Origin: Candidatus Thioglobus sp.
Lineage (GTDB): Bacteria > Pseudomonadota > Gammaproteobacteria > PS1 > Pseudothioglobaceae
Direction of reading: 5' to 3'
DNA length: 54,066 nt
Assembly: GCF_028599055.1 (NCBI RefSeq)
Contig: NZ_JAQRMS010000001.1
Coordinates: 1 to 54,066 of the forward strand
Shown here: one piece after another, positions 1 to 9,442 of the stretch
How the letters are laid out: each line of letters opens with the position of its first letter
Numbering within the stretch: position 1 is the stretch's first letter
Program-made: the position numbers and the translations under genes
The notes under the pieces: generated by a model
Database searches by the model: none
Told to the model about the DNA's origin: nothing
What the model saw: the letters and a program-made list of their open reading frames with translations, nothing else

Positions 1-70
1 GTTTTTTTTTTTTTGCTTTTTGAAGACTTTTCCGAAATCTTGTTATCTGGCTCTATTAAGAATGTTATAC

Positions 71-90
71 TTGTCATACATATAATACAA
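71..90 (+). promoter_or_regulatory. putative TA autoregulatory operator
   Basis: Tandem imperfect palindromes TGTCATACA/TATAATACA just after an extended -10-like TGTTATACT, upstream of RBS AGGAG; typical layout for RHH antitoxin operators. Confidence 0.45.
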
Positions 91-109
91 AATAAATTAG
101 GAGTTAAAT

Positions 110-319
110 ATGTTGTCTGTAAGGTTAAATGAAGAAATGCAATCTAAGTTAGATGGTTTGTCTAATGCCACAAAACGTCCAAAGAGTTTTTTTGTAAAAG
201 AGGCTTTAGAGAATTATTTAGATGATATGGTTGATTATTATGAAGTGCAGAGCCGCTCTCAAGATAGTTCTAGAAACTTAATTAGCGTTGAGGAATTAGA
301 AAAAGCATTAAATGTATAA
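110..319 (+). CDS. RHH/CopG-type antitoxin (RelB-like)
   Basis: 69 aa; LSVRL...L..LS..T.RPKSFFVKEALENYL ribbon-helix-helix pattern; acidic C-terminus; overlaps toxin start. Confidence 0.85.
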   Translation: MLSVRLNEEMQSKLDGLSNATKRPKSFFVKEALENYLDDMVDYYEVQSRSQDSSRNLISVEELEKALNV

Positions 320-566
320 GTTGTTGATTGATGATAAGGTTATTAAGGATCTAAAGAAAATTGATCACAATTGGCGTGCAAAAATATTAATTGCAATAAA
401 AACCAAACTCGTTGAAAATCCATATTTGGGAAAGAAATTAGTAGGGGATTTGTCACCTTATTATCGATTAAGGGTGGGAGATTATCGAGTGTTGTATGAG
501 ATTATTGAAAATAAATTAATGATTATTATCGTTAAAGTCAAACATCGTAAAAATGTATATAAATAA
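312..566 (+). CDS. relE: RelE/ParE-family type II toxin
   Basis: 84 aa, basic; GKKLVGDL..YYRLRVGDYRVLYEI...VKHRKNVYK motif. Confidence 0.88.
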   Translation: MYKLLIDDKVIKDLKKIDHNWRAKILIAIKTKLVENPYLGKKLVGDLSPYYRLRVGDYRVLYEIIENKLMIIIVKVKHRKNVYK

Positions 567-1390
567 TGATTATTGATTTGCATAACCATTCTTATTATTC
601 TGACGGTGTTCTATCACCCACTGAAGTGGTCAATTTAGCCAAAGCGCAAGAGTGTAATGTATTTGCACTAACTGACCACGATACGACTGATGGATTGATC
701 GAGGCGCAACAACAGGCAGATAAGGTCGGTTTAAGACTAATCCATGGTGTTGAGGTGTCAGCCATGTGGGGTAATATGACGGTTCATATCGTGGGTTTGG
801 GGGTTGATATTAATAATGCAACACTCCAAGATGGGCTTAAGCGGCATCAAGAATTTCGACGAGTTCGCGCCGAGAAGATGGCGCGAGGTCTAGGTGGTGC
901 TGGTGTGTTTGGCGCGCTGGAAAAAACGCAGGCTATCGCCAAAACAGACATGATTACTCGAACACATTTTGCTCAAATGTTGGTTCAAGAGGGTGTGTGC
1001 AAAGATATGCGTAGTGTGTTTAAGCGTTTTTTAACCGGTAAAAAACCCGGCGGCGTGGGTGGCAAGTGGGCTGAGTATGATGAGGTAATTTCTTGGATAC
1101 ATGCGGCAGGCGGGCAAGCTGTTTTGGCGCATCCATTACGTTATCGTATGACCAATACAAAAGTTAAACGATTATTAAGCCATTTGGCTGGCGCGGGATT
1201 AGATGGTGTTGAAGTAGTGACTGGATCTAGTAGTGCAGATGAAATAACGTTAGTGGGCCAATGGGCAAAGGAGCTTAATTTGTTATCCTCTCAAGGCTCT
1301 GATTATCATGGCTGGCCAAACCAACGTATGGTGATTGGCAAACTACTGGAAATGCCCAATCCTGAAACCACAATATGGAGAAATTGGTAG
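566..1390 (+). CDS. PHP-domain metal-dependent phosphoesterase (YciV/TrpH family)
   Basis: DLHNHS..SDG, ALTDHDT, LAHP, GSDYHG motifs. Confidence 0.9.
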   Translation: MIIDLHNHSYYSDGVLSPTEVVNLAKAQECNVFALTDHDTTDGLIEAQQQADKVGLRLIHGVEVSAMWGNMTVHIVGLGVDINNATLQDGLKRHQEFRRVRAEKMARGLGGAGVFGALEKTQAIAKTDMITRTHFAQMLVQEGVCKDMRSVFKRFLTGKKPGGVGGKWAEYDEVISWIHAAGGQAVLAHPLRYRMTNTKVKRLLSHLAGAGLDGVEVVTGSSSADEITLVGQWAKELNLLSSQGSDYHGWPNQRMVIGKLLEMPNPETTIWRNW

Positions 1391-1392
1391 TA

Positions 1393-2004
1393 ATGAAACT
1401 ATTGAAAATTCACCCACAAAACCCTCAGCAACGCTTAATTGATCAAGTGGTGAGCGAGCTTAAATCTGGTGGTGTTATTGTTTATCCAACAGATTCAGGC
1501 TATGCACTCGGCACAGCTTTGGGTAATAAAGCTGGATTGGAGCGCATTCGTCAAATCAGACAACTCTCGAAGCGCCATGATTTCACCTTAATGATGCGTG
1601 ATTTGGCGCATATTGGTGAGTACGCCAAATTGGATAATAATGCCTTTCGCCTACTAAAGAAAATTTTACCTGGTCCTTATACATTTATCCTAGAAGGGAC
1701 GCGCGATGTGCCTAAGCGTCTGTTGCATGATAAGAAAAAAACCATTGGCCTGCGCATTACTGAACACGGTGTGGTACAAGCCTTGCTCGCCTCACTTGAT
1801 GAGCCATTGATGAGCGTGTCACTGATATTACCTGGTTGTGAGTTTTACGATATTGACGACGTGCGTGATGCAGTTGAAAAATTGGTTGATGTGATTGTAG
1901 ATGATGGCTATTGTCCACCACAGCCAACCACAGTGATTAACCTAACTTCTGGACAGGTTGAAATTATCCGACAAGGCGCTGGCGATACCTCGCTTATCGT
2001 CTAA
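1393..2004 (+). CDS. yciO: Sua5/YciO/YrdC family protein
   Basis: [30 protein letters not shown]; ATG at 1393 preferred over 1375; adjacent to yciV-like gene. Confidence 0.88.
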   Translation: MKLLKIHPQNPQQRLIDQVVSELKSGGVIVYPTDSGYALGTALGNKAGLERIRQIRQLSKRHDFTLMMRDLAHIGEYAKLDNNAFRLLKKILPGPYTFILEGTRDVPKRLLHDKKKTIGLRITEHGVVQALLASLDEPLMSVSLILPGCEFYDIDDVRDAVEKLVDVIVDDGYCPPQPTTVINLTSGQVEIIRQGAGDTSLIV

Positions 2005-2054
2005 GTAGTGAGTTAATCAGTATAATAAAGCCTTTTTATACAATGTTTACGCGC

Positions 2055-4652
2055 ATGAAAACTGCACAAATTAGACAAAAATTCTTAGATTTTTACGCCT
2101 CAAAAGACCATACCGTTGAAAAGAGCTCGTCACTTATTCCGCATAATGACAAAACCTTATTATTTGTAAATGCTGGCATGGTGCCGTTTAAGGATGTGTT
2201 TAGTGGCTTAGAAAAGCGCCCATACACACGTGCAGTTAGTTGTCAGCGTTGTGTGCGTGCTGGTGGCAAACATAATGATCTTGAAAATGTCGGCTATACC
2301 GCGCGCCACCATACTTTTTTTGAAATGCTGGGCAATTTCTCGTTTGGTGATTATTTCAAACGTGAAGCCATTCAATATGCCTGGGAATTTTTAACAGTAG
2401 AGCTTGGCCTGCCTAAGGATAAACTTTGGGTTAGTGTCTTTGAAGAAGATGATGAAGCTGAAGCTATTTGGGTAAATGAAATTGGTTTTCCTAAAAATCG
2501 TATCTCTCGTTGTGGCGCTAAAGATAACTTTTGGCAAATGGGTGATACCGGCCCGTGTGGGCCATCGAGTGAAATTTTTTATGACCACGGTGAAGAGATT
2601 GCAGGTGGTCCGCCAGGACATGCAGATGAAGATGGTGATCGTTATATTGAAATTTGGAACTTGGTGTTTACTCAGTATGACAAACAAGAAGACGGCTATT
2701 TAAAACCACTTGATGCACCTTGTGTAGACACTGGCATGGGGCTTGAGCGTTTAGCTGCTGTATTGCAACATGAAAACAATAATTATGATACCGATGGCTT
2801 TAACAGTCTAACTAAGGCAGTGGTTGAGCTAACCCCTAAAGAGGCGGGTATCAAAACTGATAACGCATCAGTTCGTGTGATTGCTGATCATATTCGCTCA
2901 ACGGCTTTTATGATTGTGGATGGGGTGATTCCATCAAACGAAGGGCGTGGGTATGTACTGCGCCGTATTATTCGTCGTGCGATTCGCCACGGTCATAAAA
3001 TTGGTATTGAGAAAACGTTCTTCTATCGTTTGGCGCCGGTATTGGCATTAGAGTTTAAAGAGGCTTATCCGGAGCTTAAGAAATCTTTAGCGAATGTTGA
3101 AAAAGTATTAAAGCGTGAAGAAGAGCGCTTTGCGCAAACACTAGACCAGGGCATGGGTATTTTAGAAGCCGCAATTGCCAATCTAACAGGCAATGAAATT
3201 GACGGCGAAACTGTGTTTAAACTTTATGATACTTATGGTTTTCCGGTTGATTTAACAGCTGATGTGGCTCGTGAGCGTAGCCTCACCATTGACATGCCAG
3301 GCTTTGAAGCGGAAATGACCAAACAGCGTGATAGAGCGCGTTCAGCCGGTGATTTTAAGACCACACAAAAAGGTGTTGATGTTAGCGAAGTAACTGAATT
3401 TTTAGGCTATGAGCAATTAGAAAATAGCTCATCAGTGCAAGCGTTGATTAAAAATGGCGAGCTGGTTGATTCGATTGAAGCGGGCGATCACGGCATTATT
3501 GTATTGGCGCAATCTAGTTTTTATGGCGAGTCAGGTGGCCAGGTGGGCGACAGTGGCACATTGAGCGCGAAGGGTGTTGAATTTGAAGTTACCAATACGC
3601 AAAAACAAAAAACAGGTGCATTTGAGCATCATGGTATTGCACTAAGTGGCGTGATTAAAGTGGGTGATGTGCTTGAAGCTAAAGTTGATGCGCGTAGGCG
3701 TAAGCGTATTGCTCGAAATCACTCAGCAACACACTTATTACATGCTGCACTTCGTGGTGTTTTAGGTGAAACGGTTACCCAGAAGGGCTCGTTGGTAGAC
3801 GGTGATAAATTACGTTTTGATTTCTCTCATGATGAGGTGATTGCTAAAGCTGATCTAGATAAGATTGAAGCGATGGTTAACCGTCGCATCTTAGGGAATT
3901 CAATTGTTCATACGGATGTAACCGATATTGAAACTGCTAAAAAGAAAGGCGCCATGGCACTGTTTGGTGAAAAATATGGCGATACGGTGCGCGTATTAAG
4001 CATGGGCAAGGGTGATTTTTCAGTGGAGCTTTGTGGCGGTACACACGTTAATCAATTGGGCGATATTGGTTTGTTTAGAATTACCTCAGAAGGTGGTATT
4101 GCTGCTGGCGTGCGTCGAATTGAGGCAATGACTGGTTATGACGCCTATCAGTTCGATAAGCAAACTGAAGACAGTTTGAGTGAAATTGCGCAAATGACAA
4201 AATCGAGCAATGCGCAAGCCGTAGAGAAAGTAGCGCAACTGATTAAACAGCAAAAAGAATTAGAAAAGCAAATTGCCACATTCCAAAAGCAGTTGGCCAG
4301 CAACCAAGGTGATGATTTAGTTAATCAAGCGCAAGATGTTAACGGGGTTAAATTGCTTGCTACTGTGGTTGATGGCGTGAGTGGCAAAGATCTGCGCGAT
4401 ATTGCTGACAAGCTAAAAGACAAGCTAAGATCTGCCGTTGTGGTGCTGGCTGCAGTGAGTGGTGATAAAGTATCGCTAGTGGCTGGTGTAACTAAAGATT
4501 TAACTAAGCAATATCAAGCAGGGAAGATTCTTAACCATGTTGCCCAGCAAGTGGGCGGCAAAGGTGGTGGTAGGCCAGATATGGCGCAGGGTGGTGGTAC
4601 AGACCCGTCTAAGCTAACTGAAGCTCTCGCTTCAGTCAAAAGCCTATTATAA
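2055..4652 (+). CDS. alaS: alanine--tRNA ligase
   Basis: [66 protein letters not shown]; start at MKTAQIR (2043 is an alternative). Confidence 0.98.
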   Translation: MKTAQIRQKFLDFYASKDHTVEKSSSLIPHNDKTLLFVNAGMVPFKDVFSGLEKRPYTRAVSCQRCVRAGGKHNDLENVGYTARHHTFFEMLGNFSFGDYFKREAIQYAWEFLTVELGLPKDKLWVSVFEEDDEAEAIWVNEIGFPKNRISRCGAKDNFWQMGDTGPCGPSSEIFYDHGEEIAGGPPGHADEDGDRYIEIWNLVFTQYDKQEDGYLKPLDAPCVDTGMGLERLAAVLQHENNNYDTDGFNSLTKAVVELTPKEAGIKTDNASVRVIADHIRSTAFMIVDGVIPSNEGRGYVLRRIIRRAIRHGHKIGIEKTFFYRLAPVLALEFKEAYPELKKSLANVEKVLKREEERFAQTLDQGMGILEAAIANLTGNEIDGETVFKLYDTYGFPVDLTADVARERSLTIDMPGFEAEMTKQRDRARSAGDFKTTQKGVDVSEVTEFLGYEQLENSSSVQALIKNGELVDSIEAGDHGIIVLAQSSFYGESGGQVGDSGTLSAKGVEFEVTNTQKQKTGAFEHHGIALSGVIKVGDVLEAKVDARRRKRIARNHSATHLLHAALRGVLGETVTQKGSLVDGDKLRFDFSHDEVIAKADLDKIEAMVNRRILGNSIVHTDVTDIETAKKKGAMALFGEKYGDTVRVLSMGKGDFSVELCGGTHVNQLGDIGLFRITSEGGIAAGVRRIEAMTGYDAYQFDKQTEDSLSEIAQMTKSSNAQAVEKVAQLIKQQKELEKQIATFQKQLASNQGDDLVNQAQDVNGVKLLATVVDGVSGKDLRDIADKLKDKLRSAVVVLAAVSGDKVSLVAGVTKDLTKQYQAGKILNHVAQQVGGKGGGRPDMAQGGGTDPSKLTEALASVKSLL

Positions 4653-4653
4653 G

Positions 4654-4774
4654 TTGAGTGTGCTTTTTCCATATATTTTTGTTGTCAGAATTATCAAATC
4701 AGTCATTTACTAAATTGTAAACTCCTAATTTTCAAATTCTTTACGCCTTAATCTATGAAAAAATCACATCTCAA
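4654..4774. repeat. ERIC-like palindromic element E1 (3' of alaS)
   Basis: Long imperfect inverted repeat; minus strand reads AAGGCG...AGGAGTTTAC-loop-GTAAATGACT...CAACA. Confidence 0.75.
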
Positions 4775-4813
4775 TAGGTATCTATAGAAAGATTTTTGTA
4801 AATCTTAGACATT

Positions 4814-4839
4814 AAAAAACCCTCTTTCGAGGGTTTTTT
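4814..4839. terminator. bidirectional intrinsic terminator
   Basis: AAAAAACCCTC-TTTC-GAGGGTTTTTT between convergent alaS and dsrC-like gene. Confidence 0.85.
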
Positions 4840-4852
4840 AATTCAAATCTAA

Positions 4853-4969
4853 TTGCGAGTATTTTTTCTTTCTACAAGGCGAAAAATTAAAATTCGATTG
4901 AATATAGTTAATCTATATGATTGAGTATTTTAATTTTTTAACGCTGTAGCAAGGAAAAAGACGAAGTAA
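4853..4969. repeat. ERIC-like palindromic element E2 (3' of dsrC-like gene)
   Basis: CAAGGCG-AAAAATTAAAAT...GAATATAG-loop-CTATATGATTG...ATTTTAATTTTT-AACGCTG; clearly homologous to 14140-14265. Confidence 0.8.
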
Positions 4970-4973
4970 AGAG

Positions 4974-5264
4974 TTATACGCAACCGGTTGGCTGTGGCAT
5001 TCCTCCGTATTTTGTGATCGGTTTCATTGGGCCAGTTAGCCATTCTTTAAATAAGATTTTTTTATCAATACCAACGTATTTAGAAAATGTTCTGATTGGC
5101 GGAACCGATGAGTTATCTGCAAAGTATTCTCTGGCTGAGCGAATTTGCTCAACTTGAGAGTCTGATAGCGTAATTTCATCTTCTGCAGCCATTTCATGCA
5201 TGATCTCTTCAGTCCAAATTGATGGGTCTACTAAGTAGCCGTTTCCTGTTCTATCTAATGCCAT
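4974..5264 (-). CDS. TusE/DsrC-family sulfur relay protein, single C-terminal Cys (TusE/RspA-like)
   Basis: GYLVDPSIWTEE..., C-terminus GGMPQPTGCV; Thr at the position of DsrC CysB. Confidence 0.88.
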   Translation of the reverse strand: MALDRTGNGYLVDPSIWTEEIMHEMAAEDEITLSDSQVEQIRSAREYFADNSSVPPIRTFSKYVGIDKKILFKEWLTGPMKPITKYGGMPQPTGCV

Positions 5265-5391
5265 TTTTTAATACCATAGTAATTTAATTGGGTATATTAT
5301 ATAAGATTGATTGAAGTCAAGTTTTATAAATACACATTTTGTTTGTAGGTGTATGCTTATTGCGCAAAACAATATAGTAAATCGCTGGGCA

Positions 5392-5420
5392 ATAAAAAAC
5401 CCTCTGACGAGGGTTTTTAT
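5392..5420 (-). terminator. intrinsic terminator of the small ORF
   Basis: ATAAAAACCCTC-TGAC-GAGGGTTTTTAT hairpin 22 bp after the small-ORF stop. Confidence 0.8.
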
Positions 5421-5442
5421 GAGTTACGTAAGTCGTTAGTGA

Positions 5443-5610
5443 CTATCTGTACTCTTCTAACTCTTCAGCAGACTTCATGCCTTTTTTATAATCTTGAGTT
5501 GAAGTAACAGTTTCGTTACCGCTTCTAGAGTTTAAAGGGTTAGCTTTGCTTAATGAATCTAAATTGCCTTGTAATGGTGGTCTGTTGCCTTTTGTAATGC
5601 CGTTAGCCAT
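5443..5610 (-). CDS. unannotated 55-aa hypothetical protein
   Basis: Translated by hand: MANGITKGNRPPLQGNLDSLSKANPLNSRSGNETVTSTQDYKKGMKSAEELEEYR*; RBS AGGAG 5 nt before ATG; own TATAAT and terminator; below ORF-track size cutoff. Confidence 0.8.
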   Translation of the reverse strand: MANGITKGNRPPLQGNLDSLSKANPLNSRSGNETVTSTQDYKKGMKSAEELEEYR

Positions 5611-5669
5611 GATATCTCCTGATAATTAATAAACCTTTAAGTTTAAAGTTAAAGGTACGAACCAGAGAA

Positions 5670-5738
5670 ATTATACTGAAATTTAAGTTTTTATCACCAT
5701 TTTATAGTGATATTTCAAACTATCCCTAAGGGGGTATA
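5670..5738 (-). promoter_or_regulatory. dsrA-like promoter with two palindromic boxes
   Basis: Minus strand TATACCCCCTTAGGGATAG-N8-ATCACTATAAAATGGTGAT-N17-TATAAT; gapless match to 17207-17275. Confidence 0.75.
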
Positions 5739-5783
5739 CGGGGATTAATGCTGGATAATGAACATAGGTATAATCTGCACGCT

Positions 5784-6662
5784 ATGGATTGGATGCAATT
5801 AACTTTAAAAACCACTGAAGAGCAAGCTGATTTTGTTAGTGAAATACTAATGGGACTTGGTAGTGTGTCAGTCACGTTTAGTGATTCTAAAGATGATGCT
5901 ATTTATGAGCCGCCAGTGGGTGAAACCCCACTATGGCCAGATATTACTATTACCGCCTTATTTGATTTAGCAGTTGACCAAATGCACGTCAAGCAAATGC
6001 TTAAACAAATTTGCAAAATAGAGCAAGCAACTTTTGAATTATTAAAAGATAGAGTTTGGGAAGATGAATGCAAAAAGGATTTTCATCCTATGCAGTTTGG
6101 TAAACGGATTTGGATTTGCCCTTCTTGGGAAGACTCGTCCCAATTGCCAAAAGATGCAATCGTCATTGACATGGATCCTGGTTTGGCATTTGGTACGGGC
6201 ACCCACCAAACCACAGATTTATGTTTGCAGTATTTAGATGAAAACCCGCCTTTAAGTCAAACCATGATTGACTATGGCTCAGGTACGGGCATTTTGGCCA
6301 TTGCCGGAATTAAACTTGGCGCTAAGTATGCTATTGCTGTTGATAATGATCCACAGGCAGTTATTGCGACGAATAACAATATTAAGACTAACCATTGCCA
6401 AGATCAAATTAAAGTATTGCATACAGATGATGAAGGTAAGCTGGATCCAGTAGATCTACTGATTGCCAATATTTTGGCCAACCCTTTAGTTGGCTTATGT
6501 GAACATTTTTCCAATTTAGTCAAGCCAAACGGACGTCTTGCATTATCAGGCATTATGGCGGATCAATTGCCTATGATCCTTGAGGTGTATGGTGAATTTT
6601 TTAAAAATTTGCACGTTGTTCAAAAAGATGATTGGTGTCGTGTTGATGGTATTAGAAAATAA
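5784..6662 (+). CDS. prmA: ribosomal protein L11 methyltransferase
   Basis: MDPGLAFGTGTHQTT, DYGSGTGILAI, ANILANPL; start MDWMQL just after TATAAT at 5769. Confidence 0.95.
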   Translation: MDWMQLTLKTTEEQADFVSEILMGLGSVSVTFSDSKDDAIYEPPVGETPLWPDITITALFDLAVDQMHVKQMLKQICKIEQATFELLKDRVWEDECKKDFHPMQFGKRIWICPSWEDSSQLPKDAIVIDMDPGLAFGTGTHQTTDLCLQYLDENPPLSQTMIDYGSGTGILAIAGIKLGAKYAIAVDNDPQAVIATNNNIKTNHCQDQIKVLHTDDEGKLDPVDLLIANILANPLVGLCEHFSNLVKPNGRLALSGIMADQLPMILEVYGEFFKNLHVVQKDDWCRVDGIRK

Positions 6663-6701
6663 GGTTATAGGCAAGGCCTATAACCGTTATATGAGAGAAT
6701 T

Positions 6702-7745
6702 ATGAGCAAACAAGTTAAAGCAGTTTCGTTAATATCAGGTGGATTAGATTCACTATTAAGCACCAAGTTAATGTTGGATCAAGGCATTCATGTTGAGGGT
6801 ATTAACTTTTTTACTGGATTTTGCGTAGAAGGGCATACACACGCCATTCGCAAGCAAAAGAGCGACAAGCAAAAGCGTAATAACGCATTATGGGTGGCTG
6901 AACAACTTGGTATTAAATTACACATTATTGATGTGATTGAGGAATATCGCGATGTTTTATTAAACCCAAAGCATGGTTACGGCAAAAACATGAACCCTTG
7001 TTTGGACTGTAAAGGTTTTATGGTGAAAAAAGCCAAGCAGTGGATGGAGGAAAATGAGTTTGATTTCATTATTACTGGCGAGGTAATGGGTCAGCGCCCA
7101 ATGTCACAACGTAAAGACACCATGCCAGTTGTACAAGAAGAATCAGGCGCCGATGATTTATTATTGCGCCCATTGTGCGCTAAGCACCTATCACCAAGTA
7201 AAGCGGAAAAAGAAGGTTGGGTTGATCGTGAACAATTGCTGGATTTTTCTGGGCGTACGCGCAAGCCGCAAATGGCCCTGGCCAAAGAATACGGATTTGA
7301 AGATTACGCCACGCCTGCTGGCGGCTGTTGCTTCTTAACGGATAAACAGTACTCCGATAAATTGGTTGATATGTGGCAAGCACGCGGTAATCGTGATTAT
7401 CAACTGGATGATTTAATGATGCTTAAAGTAGGACGCCACATTAGACCTAATCAACGTTTCAAGATGATTGTTGCCAGGGAAGAGGGTGAGGTTAAATTCT
7501 TAGAGGGTTATCGCAACCAATACGCTAATTTATATCCAGTTAGCTGTAATGGCCCTATTGCGTTAATTGATGGAGAGCCAAATCAAGAGGATCTTAAAAT
7601 TGCCGCTCAAGTATTGGCGCGTTATTCCCAGGGTCGAGAAGAAAGTAGTGTGGATGTTGAGGTTAAGCTATCAGCAGGTGTTGCTCAGCAGTTGAGTGTT
7701 AAACCATTTGGTGTGGACGAAATTCCAAAAAACTGGTTTGTCTAA
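6702..7745 (+). CDS. PP-loop tRNA thiouridylase-like protein (ThiI/MnmA-like, DUF814-type C-terminus)
   Basis: SGGLDS PP-loop, NPCLDCK, TGEVMGQRPMSQ, PAGGCC, KVGRHIR. Confidence 0.8.
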   Translation: MSKQVKAVSLISGGLDSLLSTKLMLDQGIHVEGINFFTGFCVEGHTHAIRKQKSDKQKRNNALWVAEQLGIKLHIIDVIEEYRDVLLNPKHGYGKNMNPCLDCKGFMVKKAKQWMEENEFDFIITGEVMGQRPMSQRKDTMPVVQEESGADDLLLRPLCAKHLSPSKAEKEGWVDREQLLDFSGRTRKPQMALAKEYGFEDYATPAGGCCFLTDKQYSDKLVDMWQARGNRDYQLDDLMMLKVGRHIRPNQRFKMIVAREEGEVKFLEGYRNQYANLYPVSCNGPIALIDGEPNQEDLKIAAQVLARYSQGREESSVDVEVKLSAGVAQQLSVKPFGVDEIPKNWFV

Positions 7746-7942
7746 CCGCCACCAACCGCTTTAATAATTTCTATTTTATCGCCAGCGTTCAAGCCAAATG
7801 CAGCATGCTTGGATTTTGGAATAATCGCTTCATTAACTTCGAGCGCAATGCGTTGATCCTGATAGTTAAGTTGAACAATCAAACTCTCAGCAGTTGATGA
7901 ATTGTTAATGTCTAATTCTTTGCCGTTAACAATTACAATCAT
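7742..7942 (-). CDS. thiS: sulfur carrier protein ThiS
   Basis: 66 aa; IALEVNEAIIPKS, C-terminal AVGGG. Confidence 0.92.
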   Translation of the reverse strand: MIVIVNGKELDINNSSTAESLIVQLNYQDQRIALEVNEAIIPKSKHAAFGLNAGDKIEIIKAVGGG

Positions 7943-8208
7943 TTGTCCATTTTACCAATGGCGCAAGAAACAAATGATTTGGCTTTAGCTTTAGCAGAAT
8001 CAAAACCATGAACTGAATCGGTTTCTGGATAGCCTAGATCAAGTAGCACCTGGATTAGATCAGCTCTTTTAGATTCATCAAGATCTATGCTAACAACACC
8101 TTGTTCAATATTTATGTCAATTTTGTCAGTTTCAAAAGTTGCCGATAATTTTTTGGTAATTGAGCCGGCACAACCGCCACATTTGATATTGTCTACAGTA
8201 ATTTCCAT
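7939..8208 (-). CDS. heavy-metal-associated (HMA) domain protein
   Basis: NIKCGGCA metal-binding motif, LGYP, C-terminal KSFVSCAIG. Confidence 0.85.
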   Translation of the reverse strand: MEITVDNIKCGGCAGSITKKLSATFETDKIDINIEQGVVSIDLDESKRADLIQVLLDLGYPETDSVHGFDSAKAKAKSFVSCAIGKMDK

Positions 8209-8323
8209 GATATTTCTCCATTATTATTTGTAATTAATTATACCCTTAGATTTGAGTATTTGCTCTTCAGGGTGTTAAGACAATATGGTAAAATTCCCGA
8301 AGTTTTTCATTCAGGAGTGTCCG

Positions 8324-9442
8324 GTGTCACAAGTTGCCTTATTAGCATTAGAAGATGGTCAGATTTTTCATGGAAAATCTATTGGCGCTAGTGGAGATAC
8401 ACTGGGTGAAGTCGTATTTAATACTTCAATGACCGGCTATCAAGAAATCCTGACTGACCCTTCATATACGCAGCAAATTGTTGCGCTTACTTACCCTCAT
8501 ATTGGTAGCACAGGCACTAACAATGTTGACGAAGAATCTGCCAAAGTTTATGCTGCAGGTTTAATCATTCGTGACTTGCCACTTTTGCATAGCAACTGGC
8601 GTAATGAAATGCCATTGGATGAATATTTACAAACCAACAATATTGTTGCTATTAGTGATATTGACACGCGTGCATTAACGCGTCATTTACGTGAACATGG
8701 CTCATTAAAAGGCTGTATTGTAGCAGGTGACAACATTGACGAAGCGGCTGCTATTGAAAAAGCGCAATCATTTGCTGGTTTAAAGAATATGGACTTGGCC
8801 AAGGTGGTTTCAACCCCTGAACAATACCAGTTTAACAGCGGCTCTTATTTTCTAGAAACAGGCGAGTTTGCCCAGCTTGATGCAAAATTTAATGTCGTGG
8901 TTTATGATTACGGCGTTAAAACTAATATTTTAAGAATGTTGGTTGATCGCGGTTGTGATTTAACTGTGGTTAATGCACAAACCCCAGTGGCGGACGTGTT
9001 AGCTATGAATCCAGATGGTGTATTTTTATCCAATGGTCCGGGTGATCCTGAGCCGTGCGATTACGCCATTGCTAATATTGAAGCTTTATTGGAAAAGAAT
9101 ATTCCGATGTTCGGTATTTGTCTAGGTCATCAATTGTTGTCTTTGGCCAGTGGTGCAAAAACCGAAAAAATGAAGTTTGGTCATCATGGCGCCAATCACC
9201 CAGTGCAAGATTTAGCGTCTAAACAAGTGATGATTACTTCGCAAAACCATGGTTTTGCTGTGGCTGAAGAAAGTATGCCAGCCAATCTTGAAGTAACTCA
9301 TCGCTCATTATTTGACAACACCATTCAAGGTGTGCGCGTTAAAGATAAAAAAGCGTTCAGTTTTCAAGGTCACCCAGAAGCATCCCCTGGCCCACATGAT
9401 GTAAGCGGTTTATTTGACAGCTTTATTGAGGAGATGAGCTGA
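8324..9442 (+). CDS. carA: carbamoyl-phosphate synthase small subunit
   Basis: [41 protein letters not shown]; GTG at 8324 after CAGGAG. Confidence 0.97.
   Translation: MSQVALLALEDGQIFHGKSIGASGDTLGEVVFNTSMTGYQEILTDPSYTQQIVALTYPHIGSTGTNNVDEESAKVYAAGLIIRDLPLLHSNWRNEMPLDEYLQTNNIVAISDIDTRALTRHLREHGSLKGCIVAGDNIDEAAAIEKAQSFAGLKNMDLAKVVSTPEQYQFNSGSYFLETGEFAQLDAKFNVVVYDYGVKTNILRMLVDRGCDLTVVNAQTPVADVLAMNPDGVFLSNGPGDPEPCDYAIANIEALLEKNIPMFGICLGHQLLSLASGAKTEKMKFGHHGANHPVQDLASKQVMITSQNHGFAVAEESMPANLEVTHRSLFDNTIQGVRVKDKKAFSFQGHPEASPGPHDVSGLFDSFIEEMS

Noticed and set aside
1-21. Poly-T run at window start
   Set aside because: At the sequence edge; may be a terminator tail or assembly artefact and cannot be interpreted
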